Positions 38,030 through 47,366 of a stretch of 64,000 bases of DNA are shown piece by piece. Position 1 is the first letter of the stretch. Every line of letters begins with the position of its first letter. A model generated the notes under the pieces. It did not search any database and was not told the DNA's origin. It saw only the letters and a program-made list of their open reading frames with translations. The stretch is from an uncultured Nitrososphaerota archaeon. Lineage in GTDB: Archaea > Thermoproteota > Nitrososphaeria > Nitrososphaerales > Gagatemarchaeaceae. The position numbers and the translations under genes were made by a program. The stretch lies in NCBI GenBank assembly GCA_963838925.1, contig CAWISW010000003.1, forward strand, positions 448,001 to 512,000, written 5' to 3'.

Positions 38030-39760
38030 ATGGTCGTCTATGATCGGAAAGCGCTGACCGCAAAAACTGGTTTGAACGCCGCAATCACACTTTCCATCCT
38101 CTCTCTGTTGATTCTCTCAAGAGGACTTCCGAGCCAAAGTCTCGTGTTTGGCTACCCTTCAACCGCATCATCCGTGCCTCCGAAGCCGGTTGTTCTCGGG
38201 GCGGCCACGGGCTTTGGGGCTGTTGCTGGTCTGGGAGTCAATAACAGCGGTGATTCGAAAGTTGCGGGAAATCTTGGTTCTACCGGCCCAATCACAGGAT
38301 TTCCGCCTGGGAACGTGACGGGTACAATACACTCTGACGACTCGCTCGCTCATCAAGCAACTGACGATTTGGCAAGGTCGTACGGTGCACTCTCAGAGGA
38401 TTCATGCAACGTGGAACTGGCAAGCCAGAACTTGGCGGGACTAGATCTCCAACCAGGAGTATACTGCTATTCCTCGGGGGCATTATTGTCAGGAACGCTC
38501 ACGCTCAACCCAAATCATGATGCTAACGCCATGTATGTCTTCGAGATAGGTGGCGGGTTAACCCTATCGAATGACTCCCAGATTACAATGATAGGTGGCG
38601 ACGGATGCAACGTCTTTTGGGAAATTAGTGGCACCACGTTCATCGGTGCTCAAACCACGTTCGCCGGAAGTATACTATCAGCGGGCAATATCATGATGGG
38701 TGCTGGCGCGAACATCACGGGGGCAGCAATGTCCGAACACGGTTCTTTGGTGATGCATTCCGATTCTGTCGGTGCCCAGTGTTCTAGTTACATGTGGAAG
38801 CATCAGGTAGCGGCCACCAGCGCAGGGACAACAGGTTGCTTCCAGGTCTCCTATCCTAGTGCAGAGTGGGTGAGCGAACCTTGTCTGTACCATGTTGGCC
38901 AACCGCATACCGTTGGCCCTCCAGTCGGAGGTTGCGACACTGAGACCAGCACAGGGACGTGCGATTATGCGGGAAAGAGCAGTGGAACTCTGATCAACCA
39001 TGCCGAGGACAGCTTCCTAACTGGAGGTGGTTACAGCGTTAATGGAATCAGTGGCTCCTGCTCAGCTGGCACTCGGGAATATGACCAATCAAGCGGAGAC
39101 AACTGCGCATACTCAATCCAATTGAATTCGAATAGATGGGTGATTTCGGGGATATGTGGGACGGGAACCAATGCTTGCTGGGGTTGGGAGCAATTCGTGT
39201 TTACGAGTGATTACACTCAGGCTAGTTACTACGTAGACGTGGAACTGGAGGTAATCAATTACGAGAACTACTACGGCTCTGGAAGTTGCAGCAACCTCGG
39301 AACAGACTGGGGTTATGTTGGCGCGGGGAACTGTGGAACCTTCGAGATCAAGTTGGGGGTGACCAGCGCCGCCGAAGTCGATCCGGCGAATTCTCCATCA
39401 GCGTTCAGCTCTCTCTACATAGACGCGGCGGTAGCCTCTAGCGGTAACGACCTCGCTAACGTCTGCGACAGTTCACAATGTTGGGAGAACACCGTGCCCG
39501 ATAATCTGTTTCCAACGGGGTACAACCTCGTCAACGAATGGACCTACGAAGAATACAATGTATTTGGATCAGGCGGAGGCGACGAAGCCATCTGGAATAC
39601 TGGAACCAACATGACCATTTACGGGAACATGTATGACTCTAGCGGCAGCTTAATTTCGGACTCGTGTACTCAGTTCAGCGACACGGGCGAGAGTAGCAAT
39701 CTCGGAGCCGGCACATGCACCGCGGGTACTGGAACCTGGCATTTCACAGAAACGGCGTGA
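38030..39760 (+). CDS. Secreted DUF3494 ice-binding-like domain fused to a Cys-rich thermopsin-like domain
   Basis: Signal/TM; V.LGAA..F..AG, ITGFPPG..TGTIH, L.PGVYC, GTLTL, NVFW, F.GSIL (DUF3494); then YSIQLNSN, WEQFV, VFGSGGG, DTGESSNL. Confidence 0.75.
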   Translation: MVVYDRKALTAKTGLNAAITLSILSLLILSRGLPSQSLVFGYPSTASSVPPKPVVLGAATGFGAVAGLGVNNSGDSKVAGNLGSTGPITGFPPGNVTGTIHSDDSLAHQATDDLARSYGALSEDSCNVELASQNLAGLDLQPGVYCYSSGALLSGTLTLNPNHDANAMYVFEIGGGLTLSNDSQITMIGGDGCNVFWEISGTTFIGAQTTFAGSILSAGNIMMGAGANITGAAMSEHGSLVMHSDSVGAQCSSYMWKHQVAATSAGTTGCFQVSYPSAEWVSEPCLYHVGQPHTVGPPVGGCDTETSTGTCDYAGKSSGTLINHAEDSFLTGGGYSVNGISGSCSAGTREYDQSSGDNCAYSIQLNSNRWVISGICGTGTNACWGWEQFVFTSDYTQASYYVDVELEVINYENYYGSGSCSNLGTDWGYVGAGNCGTFEIKLGVTSAAEVDPANSPSAFSSLYIDAAVASSGNDLANVCDSSQCWENTVPDNLFPTGYNLVNEWTYEEYNVFGSGGGDEAIWNTGTNMTIYGNMYDSSGSLISDSCTQFSDTGESSNLGAGTCTAGTGTWHFTETA

Positions 39761-39909
39761 GAAGTCATTGATTGATGAATGGACGACCTGGATGCCCAGG
39801 CAACCGATGCGGGTGGCATTTCGGATTCGGTCGAAGATCCTTCAATATCACTTCAGCAAAGTCCCAGTGCATCTCTTATTAGAAACCTGAGCCCGTCTTC
39901 TATCTTGGG

Positions 39910-41196
39910 TTGGAGTTCTTGTCAGGGCATCGAAACCATTCTGAGTCGAATCGCACATGGATTGTGGTCGCGGGTACTGTCGCGGCGGGCCTCATCGCCT
40001 CGGGTCTGCTACTTGCGCCTTCGCTAGGAGCTGTACGAACGGTGACGCAAACGGTTACGTCGACATCGACAGAGACGCTGACGTCGATTTCCTCTTCTCT
40101 AAATAATTCTACTTCCCCAACCCACATCGGTGCAAGTATCCTCGCGAACATTACTGTCGGGACTGATCCTCAAACCCCTCTATTCGATTCAATGAATGGG
40201 GACCTATACGTGCCTAATCATAGCTCCGACGATATCTCCGTCATCTCGGGAGCGACTAACTCATTAGTAGCTACGGTGAAAGTTGGCTCTAGCCCCACCA
40301 CACCTGCACTGGACCCGACCAATGGGCAAGTATACGTCCCGAACGAAGGCTCAGAGAGTGTCTCCGTAATTTCTGGAGTAACAAACGTCGTTATCGCGAC
40401 GATACGAGTAGGTTCTGATCCCCGTACTCCCGTCTTCGATCCCACCAACGACGACATGTACGTCGCCGACCGGCTTTCGGGCGAAGCCTCGGTGATATCT
40501 GGGACCACAAACACTGTTGTCTCAACCATAACCTTCGCGGCTAATCCGCTCCCTCCTGCCTTCGACCAAATCACTCGCGACCTTTACTTTCCCGTCTCGA
40601 ATGGCACAATGTATGACACCATTGCCGTCGTATCAGGTGACACCAACACGCTTGTAGCAAGTGTGCTAGTGGGGCCTGTCCCGTGGACACCTGCCTTCAA
40701 TCCTCTAAACGGAGACATCTACGTTCCAGTATCGGGCCTCCCGGGGCGGCCGAATGACACGGTTTCGGTGATAGACGGAGAGACCAACAATGTGGTCGCG
40801 ACGGACGAGGTCGGTACTTCCCCGTACACGCCAGTCGTAGACTTGGCAAATGGAGAAATCTTCGTTCCTCATCTTAATGCAGATAACATTCCAATCTCAA
40901 TCCTTTCCGGGAAAACGAATTCGGTTGTCGGATTTTTGGCGATTGGCAATGGCTCGCAAACGACGTTGTTTGATCATGTTTCCGGAAACCTTTGGGTTTT
41001 CGGATTTGCTGCAGGCTCAATCACAATGTTAGTCATGGGACAGGACAACTTCGTCGCCACAATCGGGTTACCAAACGGCGAAGGCCGGGGCCTTGGGATT
41101 GGTGTGTCGACACCAGCGATTGACACGACAAACGGAGACATCTATGTACCCGCTGGAGCCTGCATCCTGGTTATTGGGCCTTCAACCGGGGACTGA
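39910..41196 (+). CDS. Membrane-anchored YVTN/YncE-like beta-propeller protein
   Basis: TM plus Thr/Ser linker, then about seven repeats of VG..P.TP..D..NG..YVPN..S..VSVISG.TN.VVAT. Confidence 0.85.
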   Translation: MEFLSGHRNHSESNRTWIVVAGTVAAGLIASGLLLAPSLGAVRTVTQTVTSTSTETLTSISSSLNNSTSPTHIGASILANITVGTDPQTPLFDSMNGDLYVPNHSSDDISVISGATNSLVATVKVGSSPTTPALDPTNGQVYVPNEGSESVSVISGVTNVVIATIRVGSDPRTPVFDPTNDDMYVADRLSGEASVISGTTNTVVSTITFAANPLPPAFDQITRDLYFPVSNGTMYDTIAVVSGDTNTLVASVLVGPVPWTPAFNPLNGDIYVPVSGLPGRPNDTVSVIDGETNNVVATDEVGTSPYTPVVDLANGEIFVPHLNADNIPISILSGKTNSVVGFLAIGNGSQTTLFDHVSGNLWVFGFAAGSITMLVMGQDNFVATIGLPNGEGRGLGIGVSTPAIDTTNGDIYVPAGACILVIGPSTGD

Positions 41197-41236
41197 CGGC
41201 AAAAACGACTCTTCCGGGTATAGAGGCAACTGGAAT

Positions 41237-41513
41237 TACAATCAGGACGAGGAGCGCCTACAGCGCTGCGACATCCACTACCTCACTCCTGACCTGAGGA
41301 TCATCCCCTTCTGCAGCTTCAACGTCATCCCCGAATGGTACAGGGACAAGATCCAGCAAAAGTATGGACTGCCAATCGAGGCCTGGGAAGCGAAGAACGG
41401 CAAGAAGCTCGAGGACGGCCTCTACCGTGGGACCTTGAGGCGGGGCGGCCACCACGCCGGCTGCGGCTGCGCAATAGGCGAGCAGGGCGAGGAAGTCCAC
41501 ATCCAGCCGATTA
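41237..41513 (+). pseudogene. tes: 3' fragment of tetraether lipid synthase (GDGT-MAS, radical SAM)
   Basis: YNQDEERLQRCDIHYLTPDLRIIPFCSFNVIPEWYRDKIQQKY matches the recalled Tes C-terminal motif (YNxDxERxxRCxIHYxTPDxRIIPFC); host-like codons; no start or radical SAM core. Confidence 0.78.
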
Positions 41514-41570
41514 ACGGACTTAATAGGCCGTCAAAAGCAAGTCAAAAAGATAAACAGATGGGAATCGTAG

Positions 41571-41879
41571 CTGAAGCTCATCGTCGACCTGGTCCAGAAA
41601 TACGGGATCTCCGGGATGTATCGCAGAGTGAGCGAGACCGCGAGATACGGCGGCCTGACGCGAGGGCAGCGGGCCATCGGCCCTGAGGTGAAGAAGGGTA
41701 TGAAGAAGGACCTCAAGGAGATCCAGGACGGGACCTTCGCGAAGGAGTGGGTCAGCGTTTACAACAAGGAGGGCCAAAAGTCATTCCAGAAGTACATGGA
41801 CAAGCTGGAAGCCCACCAGATCGAGAAGGTGGGGAAGAAACTCCGGAAGATGATGTGGCCCAACGACCAGGTAACCTGA
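41571..41879 (+). pseudogene. ilvC: Displaced 3' stub of ilvC (102 codons)
   Basis: LKLIVDL..WPNDQVT*; 16 aa differences from the intact copy; no 5' part. Confidence 0.92.
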
Positions 41880-41885
41880 CCTGGC

Positions 41886-42452
41886 TCACGCGCCGCTGAT
41901 CGGCGCCTGGACCTCGAGGTTGACAAAGTTCCACGTCTCGCTCGAGATGAGCCACTCTCCGTTGACATGCGCGTACGTTGCGCTTGTGGCCACCTGTCCC
42001 ATTATCGATTGGACATTCTGGCCCCCGCCAAGAAGGTTGAGGGTTCCGTTTACAGTGGCTCCACCACCAACGACCTGGACCGCGTAGGTGACGTTGCTGA
42101 TGGAGAAGCTCGGGAACTTCGTGAAGAACCGAGAGTAGAAGTTGCTGATGAGGCTCGGAGAACTGACGGTTGTCACACCCGGCGTCCCCCCAAGCCCTCT
42201 CGTCTCGCCGACCCACGAAAGCGTCGCGTTGGGTGCGAAGTCGCCCACGAGAAGGGTAGTGTTCGCGGAGGTGAAGTCCACAAGGTGCCGGGCGAACGCC
42301 CCGTGGACCTGTGACGCTGTGGCGGCCGCCTGGGCGTTGTTGTAAAGTGTAAACGCGAAGACACCGCCCAGCACCACGAGCGTGACGACAACCACCGCCA
42401 CCACTCGCCGCAGCCTCCCACGGCCTGCCGAACCCCCGGCGCCCGTGCTCAT
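41886..42452 (-). CDS. Membrane-anchored NTF2/SnoaL-like domain protein
   Basis: N-terminal TM; FAPNATLSW, YAHVNGEWLISSETW pattern. Confidence 0.6.
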   Translation of the reverse strand: MSTGAGGSAGRGRLRRVVAVVVVTLVVLGGVFAFTLYNNAQAAATASQVHGAFARHLVDFTSANTTLLVGDFAPNATLSWVGETRGLGGTPGVTTVSSPSLISNFYSRFFTKFPSFSISNVTYAVQVVGGGATVNGTLNLLGGGQNVQSIMGQVATSATYAHVNGEWLISSETWNFVNLEVQAPISGA

Positions 42453-42539
42453 CCGCGACGGAGACGCCTCGCTTCTTATTATGGGTGAGGCCGAGAACCC
42501 TTTATTACACTACGGACCCTTTCCCCTACGGCGATTCAT

Positions 42540-42770
42540 GTGATATCCGCCTGCATCCTGATAAGGACGGAGCGAGGGAGGATGGAAGACCTCGCGAAGA
42601 AGCTCAAGCAGATACCCGAGATCAAGAGGGCCTTCCCAGTCTTGGGCCGCTACGACATCGTCGCTGACGTGGAGGCGGCGAACGGGAAGGCGCTCGCTCG
42701 CGCAGTGACGAAGACGATGAGGCTAGGCGGAATCGTGTTCACGGAGACGCTCCCGGAGGTCGAGGAGTGA
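42540..42770 (+). CDS. Stand-alone Lrp/AsnC ligand-binding (RAM) domain
   Basis: ACILIRTE, VLGRYDIVADVE, TETL. Confidence 0.85.
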   Translation: MISACILIRTERGRMEDLAKKLKQIPEIKRAFPVLGRYDIVADVEAANGKALARAVTKTMRLGGIVFTETLPEVEE

Positions 42771-43000
42771 CCGTGGGGCTCAACGCCTGCATCCTGATCA
42801 AGACCACCCCGCTGGAGGCGAACGACGTCCTCCTAAAGTCGAGGAAGATCAAGGGCGTGAGGAAGGCCTTCTTGGGCTACGGCCGGTACGACATCATCGC
42901 GTTCGGAGAGGCCCCTGACTACTCAGAGCTTCGGAAGATCTCGGAGCGCATCAACGAGATAGCCGGCGTCCGGAGCACCGAGACCCTAGTAGAAGGCTAG
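42767..43000 (+). CDS. Stand-alone Lrp/AsnC ligand-binding (RAM) domain
   Basis: ACILIKT, YGRYDIIA, I.GVRSTETL; overlaps the previous gene. Confidence 0.85.
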   Translation: MTVGLNACILIKTTPLEANDVLLKSRKIKGVRKAFLGYGRYDIIAFGEAPDYSELRKISERINEIAGVRSTETLVEG

Positions 43001-43016
43001 CCAGCGCAACCGGGGC

Positions 43017-44237
43017 TCAGAGGATCTCGGCGAGCAGCAGCTTCGGGTCTTCTATCACGCTGATGACCTTGTTCATGAACCTCGCGGCGTAGGCGCCGTC
43101 GAGGATCCTGTGGTCGAAGCTCAACGACAGGTACATCACGTCTCGAATCTCGACCTTCCCTTCCCTGACCAGCGGCCTCTTCGAGATCTTGTGGGTCCCC
43201 AGAATCGCGGCCTCTGGGTAGTTGATGATGGGCGTCGCGAAGAGGCCCCCCACGGACCCCTGGTTCGTAATCGTGAACGTGGAGCCGTGCACGTCGTCGA
43301 GGGTCAGCTGCCCCGACCTCGCCTTCGCGGCCAGCTGCTGTATCTCCGCGGCGATCTCGAAGACGTCCTTCCTGTCCGCGTCCTTCACCACCGGGACGAC
43401 GAGCCCGTTCTCGGTGTCCGTCGCGATCCCGATGTTGTAGCTCTTCTTCAGGACGATCTCGTTGGTCTGCTCGTCGAGCGTCGAGTTGACGTACGGGAAC
43501 TCCTTCAGCGCCGGGATGACCGCCTTGATCATCAGCGGGAGGAAGGTCAGCTTGACACCGCGCTTCTCAGCGCTCCCCTTGAACGCCTCGCGGAGCAGCA
43601 CGAGCTCCGTCATGTCCGCCTCGTCGACGTGGGTCACCTGGGCGGTCGTGTGGATGGACTTGCTCATCCGCTCCGCGACGATCTTCCTCAAGCCCTTGAC
43701 GGGCACCCTCTCCTCGTTCGGCCTTCCTACGGAGGGTGATGCAGGAGACGTCTGCTGAGGGCTTGTCCTCGCCGGCCCCGCGGCCCTCCTCACGTCCTCC
43801 TCGGTTATCCTCCCAGTCGAGCCAGAGCCACGAACCTTCGAGACGTCGACGCCCAGCTCGCGAGCGAGCTTGCGGGTAGCGGGGGTCGCCAGGACCCCCT
43901 CCGAGGACGCGGCCCCGGCCTGCCTGGGTGCCTGGAACTGCTGGCTGACCGTCACTCCGGGCTTCGACGCCTCCGCGGGCTTTGAAGCGGACGGCTGGTC
44001 TTCCGCTCCCGAGTCGATGACTATTATCACCTGTCCGACTTTTACGGTCTCCCCCTCCTTGGCAAGAATCCTGGACACCTTCCCTGTCCTCGGGGAGGGG
44101 ATCTGCACATTGACCTTGTCGGTCATCACTTCGACGAGCGGCTGCTCCTCTCTGACAGCCTCTCCCTCCTTCACCAACCATTTCAGAATCTCGCCCTCCG
44201 CGATGCCCTCGCCGATGTCGGGAAGTTTGAGATCCAT
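43017..44237 (-). CDS. pdhC: 2-oxoacid dehydrogenase E2 dihydrolipoamide acyltransferase
   Basis: Lipoyl domain (EVMTDKV), E3-binding ATPATRKLARE, FDHRILDG. Confidence 0.93.
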   Translation of the reverse strand: MDLKLPDIGEGIAEGEILKWLVKEGEAVREEQPLVEVMTDKVNVQIPSPRTGKVSRILAKEGETVKVGQVIIVIDSGAEDQPSASKPAEASKPGVTVSQQFQAPRQAGAASSEGVLATPATRKLARELGVDVSKVRGSGSTGRITEEDVRRAAGPARTSPQQTSPASPSVGRPNEERVPVKGLRKIVAERMSKSIHTTAQVTHVDEADMTELVLLREAFKGSAEKRGVKLTFLPLMIKAVIPALKEFPYVNSTLDEQTNEIVLKKSYNIGIATDTENGLVVPVVKDADRKDVFEIAAEIQQLAAKARSGQLTLDDVHGSTFTITNQGSVGGLFATPIINYPEAAILGTHKISKRPLVREGKVEIRDVMYLSLSFDHRILDGAYAARFMNKVISVIEDPKLLLAEIL

Positions 44238-44254
44238 CTATGAATCGCGTCTGC

Positions 44255-45232
44255 CTAGTAGCTTGCGGCCTTTCTAATAGACCTGAGCACTCTCTCAGGA
44301 GAAGGAAGGTAGATGTTCTCGAGCGCGTACGGGAAGGGCGCGTCAATCCCGCCGAGCCGCACTATTGGCGCCTGCAGAGAGTCGATGGCGCGTTCGGCAA
44401 TCTGCGCCGCCAGCTCCCCGCCGAACCCCGAGACCTTCGTGGCCTCGTGCGCGATGACCACCCTCCCGGTCTTCCTCACCGAAGACAGGACCGTCTCGAT
44501 GTCGAACGGCATCAGCGTCCTCATGTCTATGAGCTCCACCGAGATGCTCTCCTTCGAGGCGAGCTCGACCGCGGCCTTGCACGTGTGGACCATCGCCCCC
44601 CAGCTCACGAGCGTGATGCCCGTCCCCTCCTTCAGGACCTTCGCCTTCCCGAAAGGAATGGCAAACTCCTCGTCCTTGGGGAGCTCCTCCTTCACGGTGC
44701 GGTAGACCCGCTTCGGCTCGAGGAACATGACGGGGTCGGAGCCCCTCATCGCAGTGCGGAGGAGGCCCATCGTGTCCGTAGGCGTGGATGGCGTCGCGAC
44801 GAAGAGCCCGGGCGTGTGGGTGAAGTAGGCCTCAGTGCTCTGGGAGTGATAGAGGCCGCCCCTGATGCCGCCCCCGCTGGGCGCCCTGATCACCACGTGG
44901 ACGGGGAAGTGGCCGCCCGACCGGTACCTGAGCTTCGCGAGCTCGCTCACTATCTGGTTGAACCCGGGATAGATGAAGTCGAGGAACTGTATCTCCACCA
45001 CGGGCTCGAGCCCGTTCATCGACATCCCGATCGCCATCCCTATGATGCCGTCCTCGGCAATGGGCGTGTCGATGACCCTCTCCTGGCCGAACTCGTTCTG
45101 GAGGCCGGCCGTCGCCCTGAAGACGCCGCCGTCCTTGCCTATGTCTTCGCCAAGGAGGACGACGTTCCCGTTCCTCCTCATCTCCGTCCTGAGCGTCTCA
45201 TTTACCGTCTGGACGATGTTGGAGATTGTCAA
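44255..45232 (-). CDS. pdhB: 2-oxoacid dehydrogenase E1 beta (pyruvate or branched-chain)
   Basis: GEDIG..GGVFRAT, DTPIAE, EIQF.DF, HSQS.E, FLEPK; TTG start overlapping the E1 alpha stop. Confidence 0.93.
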   Translation of the reverse strand: MTISNIVQTVNETLRTEMRRNGNVVLLGEDIGKDGGVFRATAGLQNEFGQERVIDTPIAEDGIIGMAIGMSMNGLEPVVEIQFLDFIYPGFNQIVSELAKLRYRSGGHFPVHVVIRAPSGGGIRGGLYHSQSTEAYFTHTPGLFVATPSTPTDTMGLLRTAMRGSDPVMFLEPKRVYRTVKEELPKDEEFAIPFGKAKVLKEGTGITLVSWGAMVHTCKAAVELASKESISVELIDMRTLMPFDIETVLSSVRKTGRVVIAHEATKVSGFGGELAAQIAERAIDSLQAPIVRLGGIDAPFPYALENIYLPSPERVLRSIRKAASY

Positions 45233-46344
45233 AAGGAGCCGGGCTCCTTCTCGTACTCCTCTCCCTTGGGGCCGTTCTCGCCCTCCTCCCTCATGAACTC
45301 CTCGGCCTCCTCGCGTAGGTGCCAGGGCATCTCGGCGAAGACGTCGGTGAAGAGCGTCGATGCCGCGGGCGGAGGGATCCTCTCCCTCTCCTTTACCACC
45401 GCCGACATCTCGGCGTCGACCTGCTCGGCGAGCTTCTTGTTCTCCTGCTCGGAGATTATCCCCTTCTTGATGAGATAGGCGGTGAACCTCGCTATCGGGT
45501 CCCTCTTCTTCCAGAGCTCGACCTCCTCGGAGCTCCTGTAGACCGACGGGTCGTCCGAGGTCGAGTGCCCTCCAATCCTGTAGGTGATCGCCTCGATGAG
45601 CGTCGGTCCCCCGCCTGAGCGGGCCTTGTCGACCGCCGACTTCGTCGCCTTGTAGACGGCGAGGATGTCGTTCCCGTCGATCTGGACGCCCTCGAAGCCG
45701 TAGGCCTCCGCCTTTATCGCGATGCTCTCGGAGGCGGTCTGGCGCCTTGTCGGGAGCGAGATCGCGTACTGGTTGTTCTCGCAGAAGAAGACGACCGGCG
45801 CCTTGTACACGCCCGCGAAGTTCATGGCCGCGTGGAACTCCCCCTGGGAAGTGGCTCCTTCTCCCAACGATGCGAGGACGACAGACTTCTCCCCCCTGAA
45901 CTTCGCCGCGTACGCGACCCCGACCGCGTGGGGAAGCTTTGCGGCGATCGGGCTCGATAACGAGACTATCTTCCACTTGCTGAACCCCCAGTGCACGGGC
46001 ATCTGCCTACCCTTGGCCTCGTCCGCCGAGTTGCCCATTATCTGGTCGAAAAGCGCGCTGAGAGGCACGCCCCTTACAAGGCACGTCCCCGGGTCGCGGT
46101 AGCTTGGGAACGCCCAGTCGATGGGCGTGAGAGTGTACGACATGCCGATCTGGCAAGCCTCCTGTCCGGTAGACTCCATGAAGAATCCGATGCGCCCCTG
46201 CCTCTGCAGGGACATGCCCTTCTCGTTGAACCTCCGCACGGTGAGCATGTACCTCTGCATCTTCAGGAGATCCTCATGGCTGAGGTCTGGTTCTACCTTA
46301 GGATCGAATTCGCCGTCCGCCCTGATTACCTGGAGCATTTCCAC
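45229..46344 (-). CDS. pdhA: 2-oxoacid dehydrogenase E1 alpha (pyruvate or branched-chain)
   Basis: QRQGRI, GQEA, KGRQMPVH, GEGATSQG..NNQYAIS, HSTSDDP..YR. Confidence 0.93.
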   Translation of the reverse strand: MEMLQVIRADGEFDPKVEPDLSHEDLLKMQRYMLTVRRFNEKGMSLQRQGRIGFFMESTGQEACQIGMSYTLTPIDWAFPSYRDPGTCLVRGVPLSALFDQIMGNSADEAKGRQMPVHWGFSKWKIVSLSSPIAAKLPHAVGVAYAAKFRGEKSVVLASLGEGATSQGEFHAAMNFAGVYKAPVVFFCENNQYAISLPTRRQTASESIAIKAEAYGFEGVQIDGNDILAVYKATKSAVDKARSGGGPTLIEAITYRIGGHSTSDDPSVYRSSEEVELWKKRDPIARFTAYLIKKGIISEQENKKLAEQVDAEMSAVVKERERIPPPAASTLFTDVFAEMPWHLREEAEEFMREEGENGPKGEEYEKEPGSF

Positions 46345-46420
46345 GCTTGGTCGAGCTCGGCTGTTCTGGCCGGCCGTTTTCTAACAGATAAGAGTTACGA
46401 ATTCTCGGTTCCAACGTTCG

Positions 46421-47326
46421 TTAATCGTTGTGCCTTTGCTTCAGGAGCGAGCCGATGAAAAGCTCCCCCGCCCTGTAGCTCGACCTGACCAGCGGCCCGG
46501 AGGCGACGTACCTGAAGCCGTACTCCTTCTCGCCCACCTGCTTGTAGTGCTCGAAGGTCTCGGGCGAGACGTACTCCGCGACAGGCAGGTGCCGCGCCGA
46601 CGGCCTCAGGTACTGCCCGACCGTCAGGAAGTCCACGCCCGCGCCCCTCAGGTGCATCATCGCGAGCCTCACCTCCTCCTCCTTCTCCCCCAGCCCTAGC
46701 ATTATCGAGGACTTTGTGAACATCTCTCCGTCGAGCTTCTTGATGCTCCTCAACACGGAGAGCGACTGCCAGTATCCTGCGCGGGGGTCCCTGACCCTCC
46801 CGCTCAGGAAGAGCGTCGTCTCGATGTTGTGCGCGATCACGTCTGGCCTCGCCTCGACCACCGTCCTGATCGCGTCTACGTCGTTCTGGAAGTCGGGGAT
46901 GAGCACCTCCACGCGGATGCCCGGGTTCATCTCCTTGGTCGCGCGTATCGTGCGTGCAAAGTGCTCCGCCCCTCCGTCAGGGAGGTCGTCCCTGTCCACA
47001 GACGTGAGGACGACGTAGGAGAGCCCCATCCTCGAAAGAGTGAGCGCGACGTTCTCGGGCTCGAGCGGGTCGGGCGGGCTCCCCTCTGGCCTCCCTGGAG
47101 TGACCATGCAGAACCTGCAGGCCCTCGAGCAGACGTCCCCCATCAGCATCAGCGTCGCCGTGCCGCTCCCCCAGCACTCCGCGACGTTCGGGCAGTGAGC
47201 CTCCTCGCATACGGTGTGCAGCTTGAGCTCTTTGAAAAGCCCCTTGAGCCTCTGGTAGTTCTCTCCCTCGTCCGCCACGGCGGTCGGGGGGAGCACCGTG
47301 AGCCACTGCGGCTTTGGTTCCATCAA
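46421..47326 (-). CDS. lipA: Lipoyl synthase
   Basis: CEEAHCPN..EC, CSRACRFC, TSVDRDDL, GQYLRP, VRSSYRA. Confidence 0.96.
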   Translation of the reverse strand: MMEPKPQWLTVLPPTAVADEGENYQRLKGLFKELKLHTVCEEAHCPNVAECWGSGTATLMLMGDVCSRACRFCMVTPGRPEGSPPDPLEPENVALTLSRMGLSYVVLTSVDRDDLPDGGAEHFARTIRATKEMNPGIRVEVLIPDFQNDVDAIRTVVEARPDVIAHNIETTLFLSGRVRDPRAGYWQSLSVLRSIKKLDGEMFTKSSIMLGLGEKEEEVRLAMMHLRGAGVDFLTVGQYLRPSARHLPVAEYVSPETFEHYKQVGEKEYGFRYVASGPLVRSSYRAGELFIGSLLKQRHND

Positions 47327-47366
47327 CGCGATGCGGCGCCCCTTTGCTACGCAGTCTTTAGCTTAG

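Larger units (their letters stand above)
34592..41879. mobile_element. Island B: nuclease-cargo cassette inserted in ilvC
   Basis: Diverged 309-bp direct repeat of the ilvC 3' end (35063-35371 / 41571-41879), lower GC, nuclease and cargo genes; no integrase. Confidence 0.8.

Noticed and set aside
41093-41686. 197-aa ORF as a real gene
   Set aside because: Chimeric: it overlaps the beta-propeller gene end, reads through the tes fragment and enters the ilvC stub out of frame.
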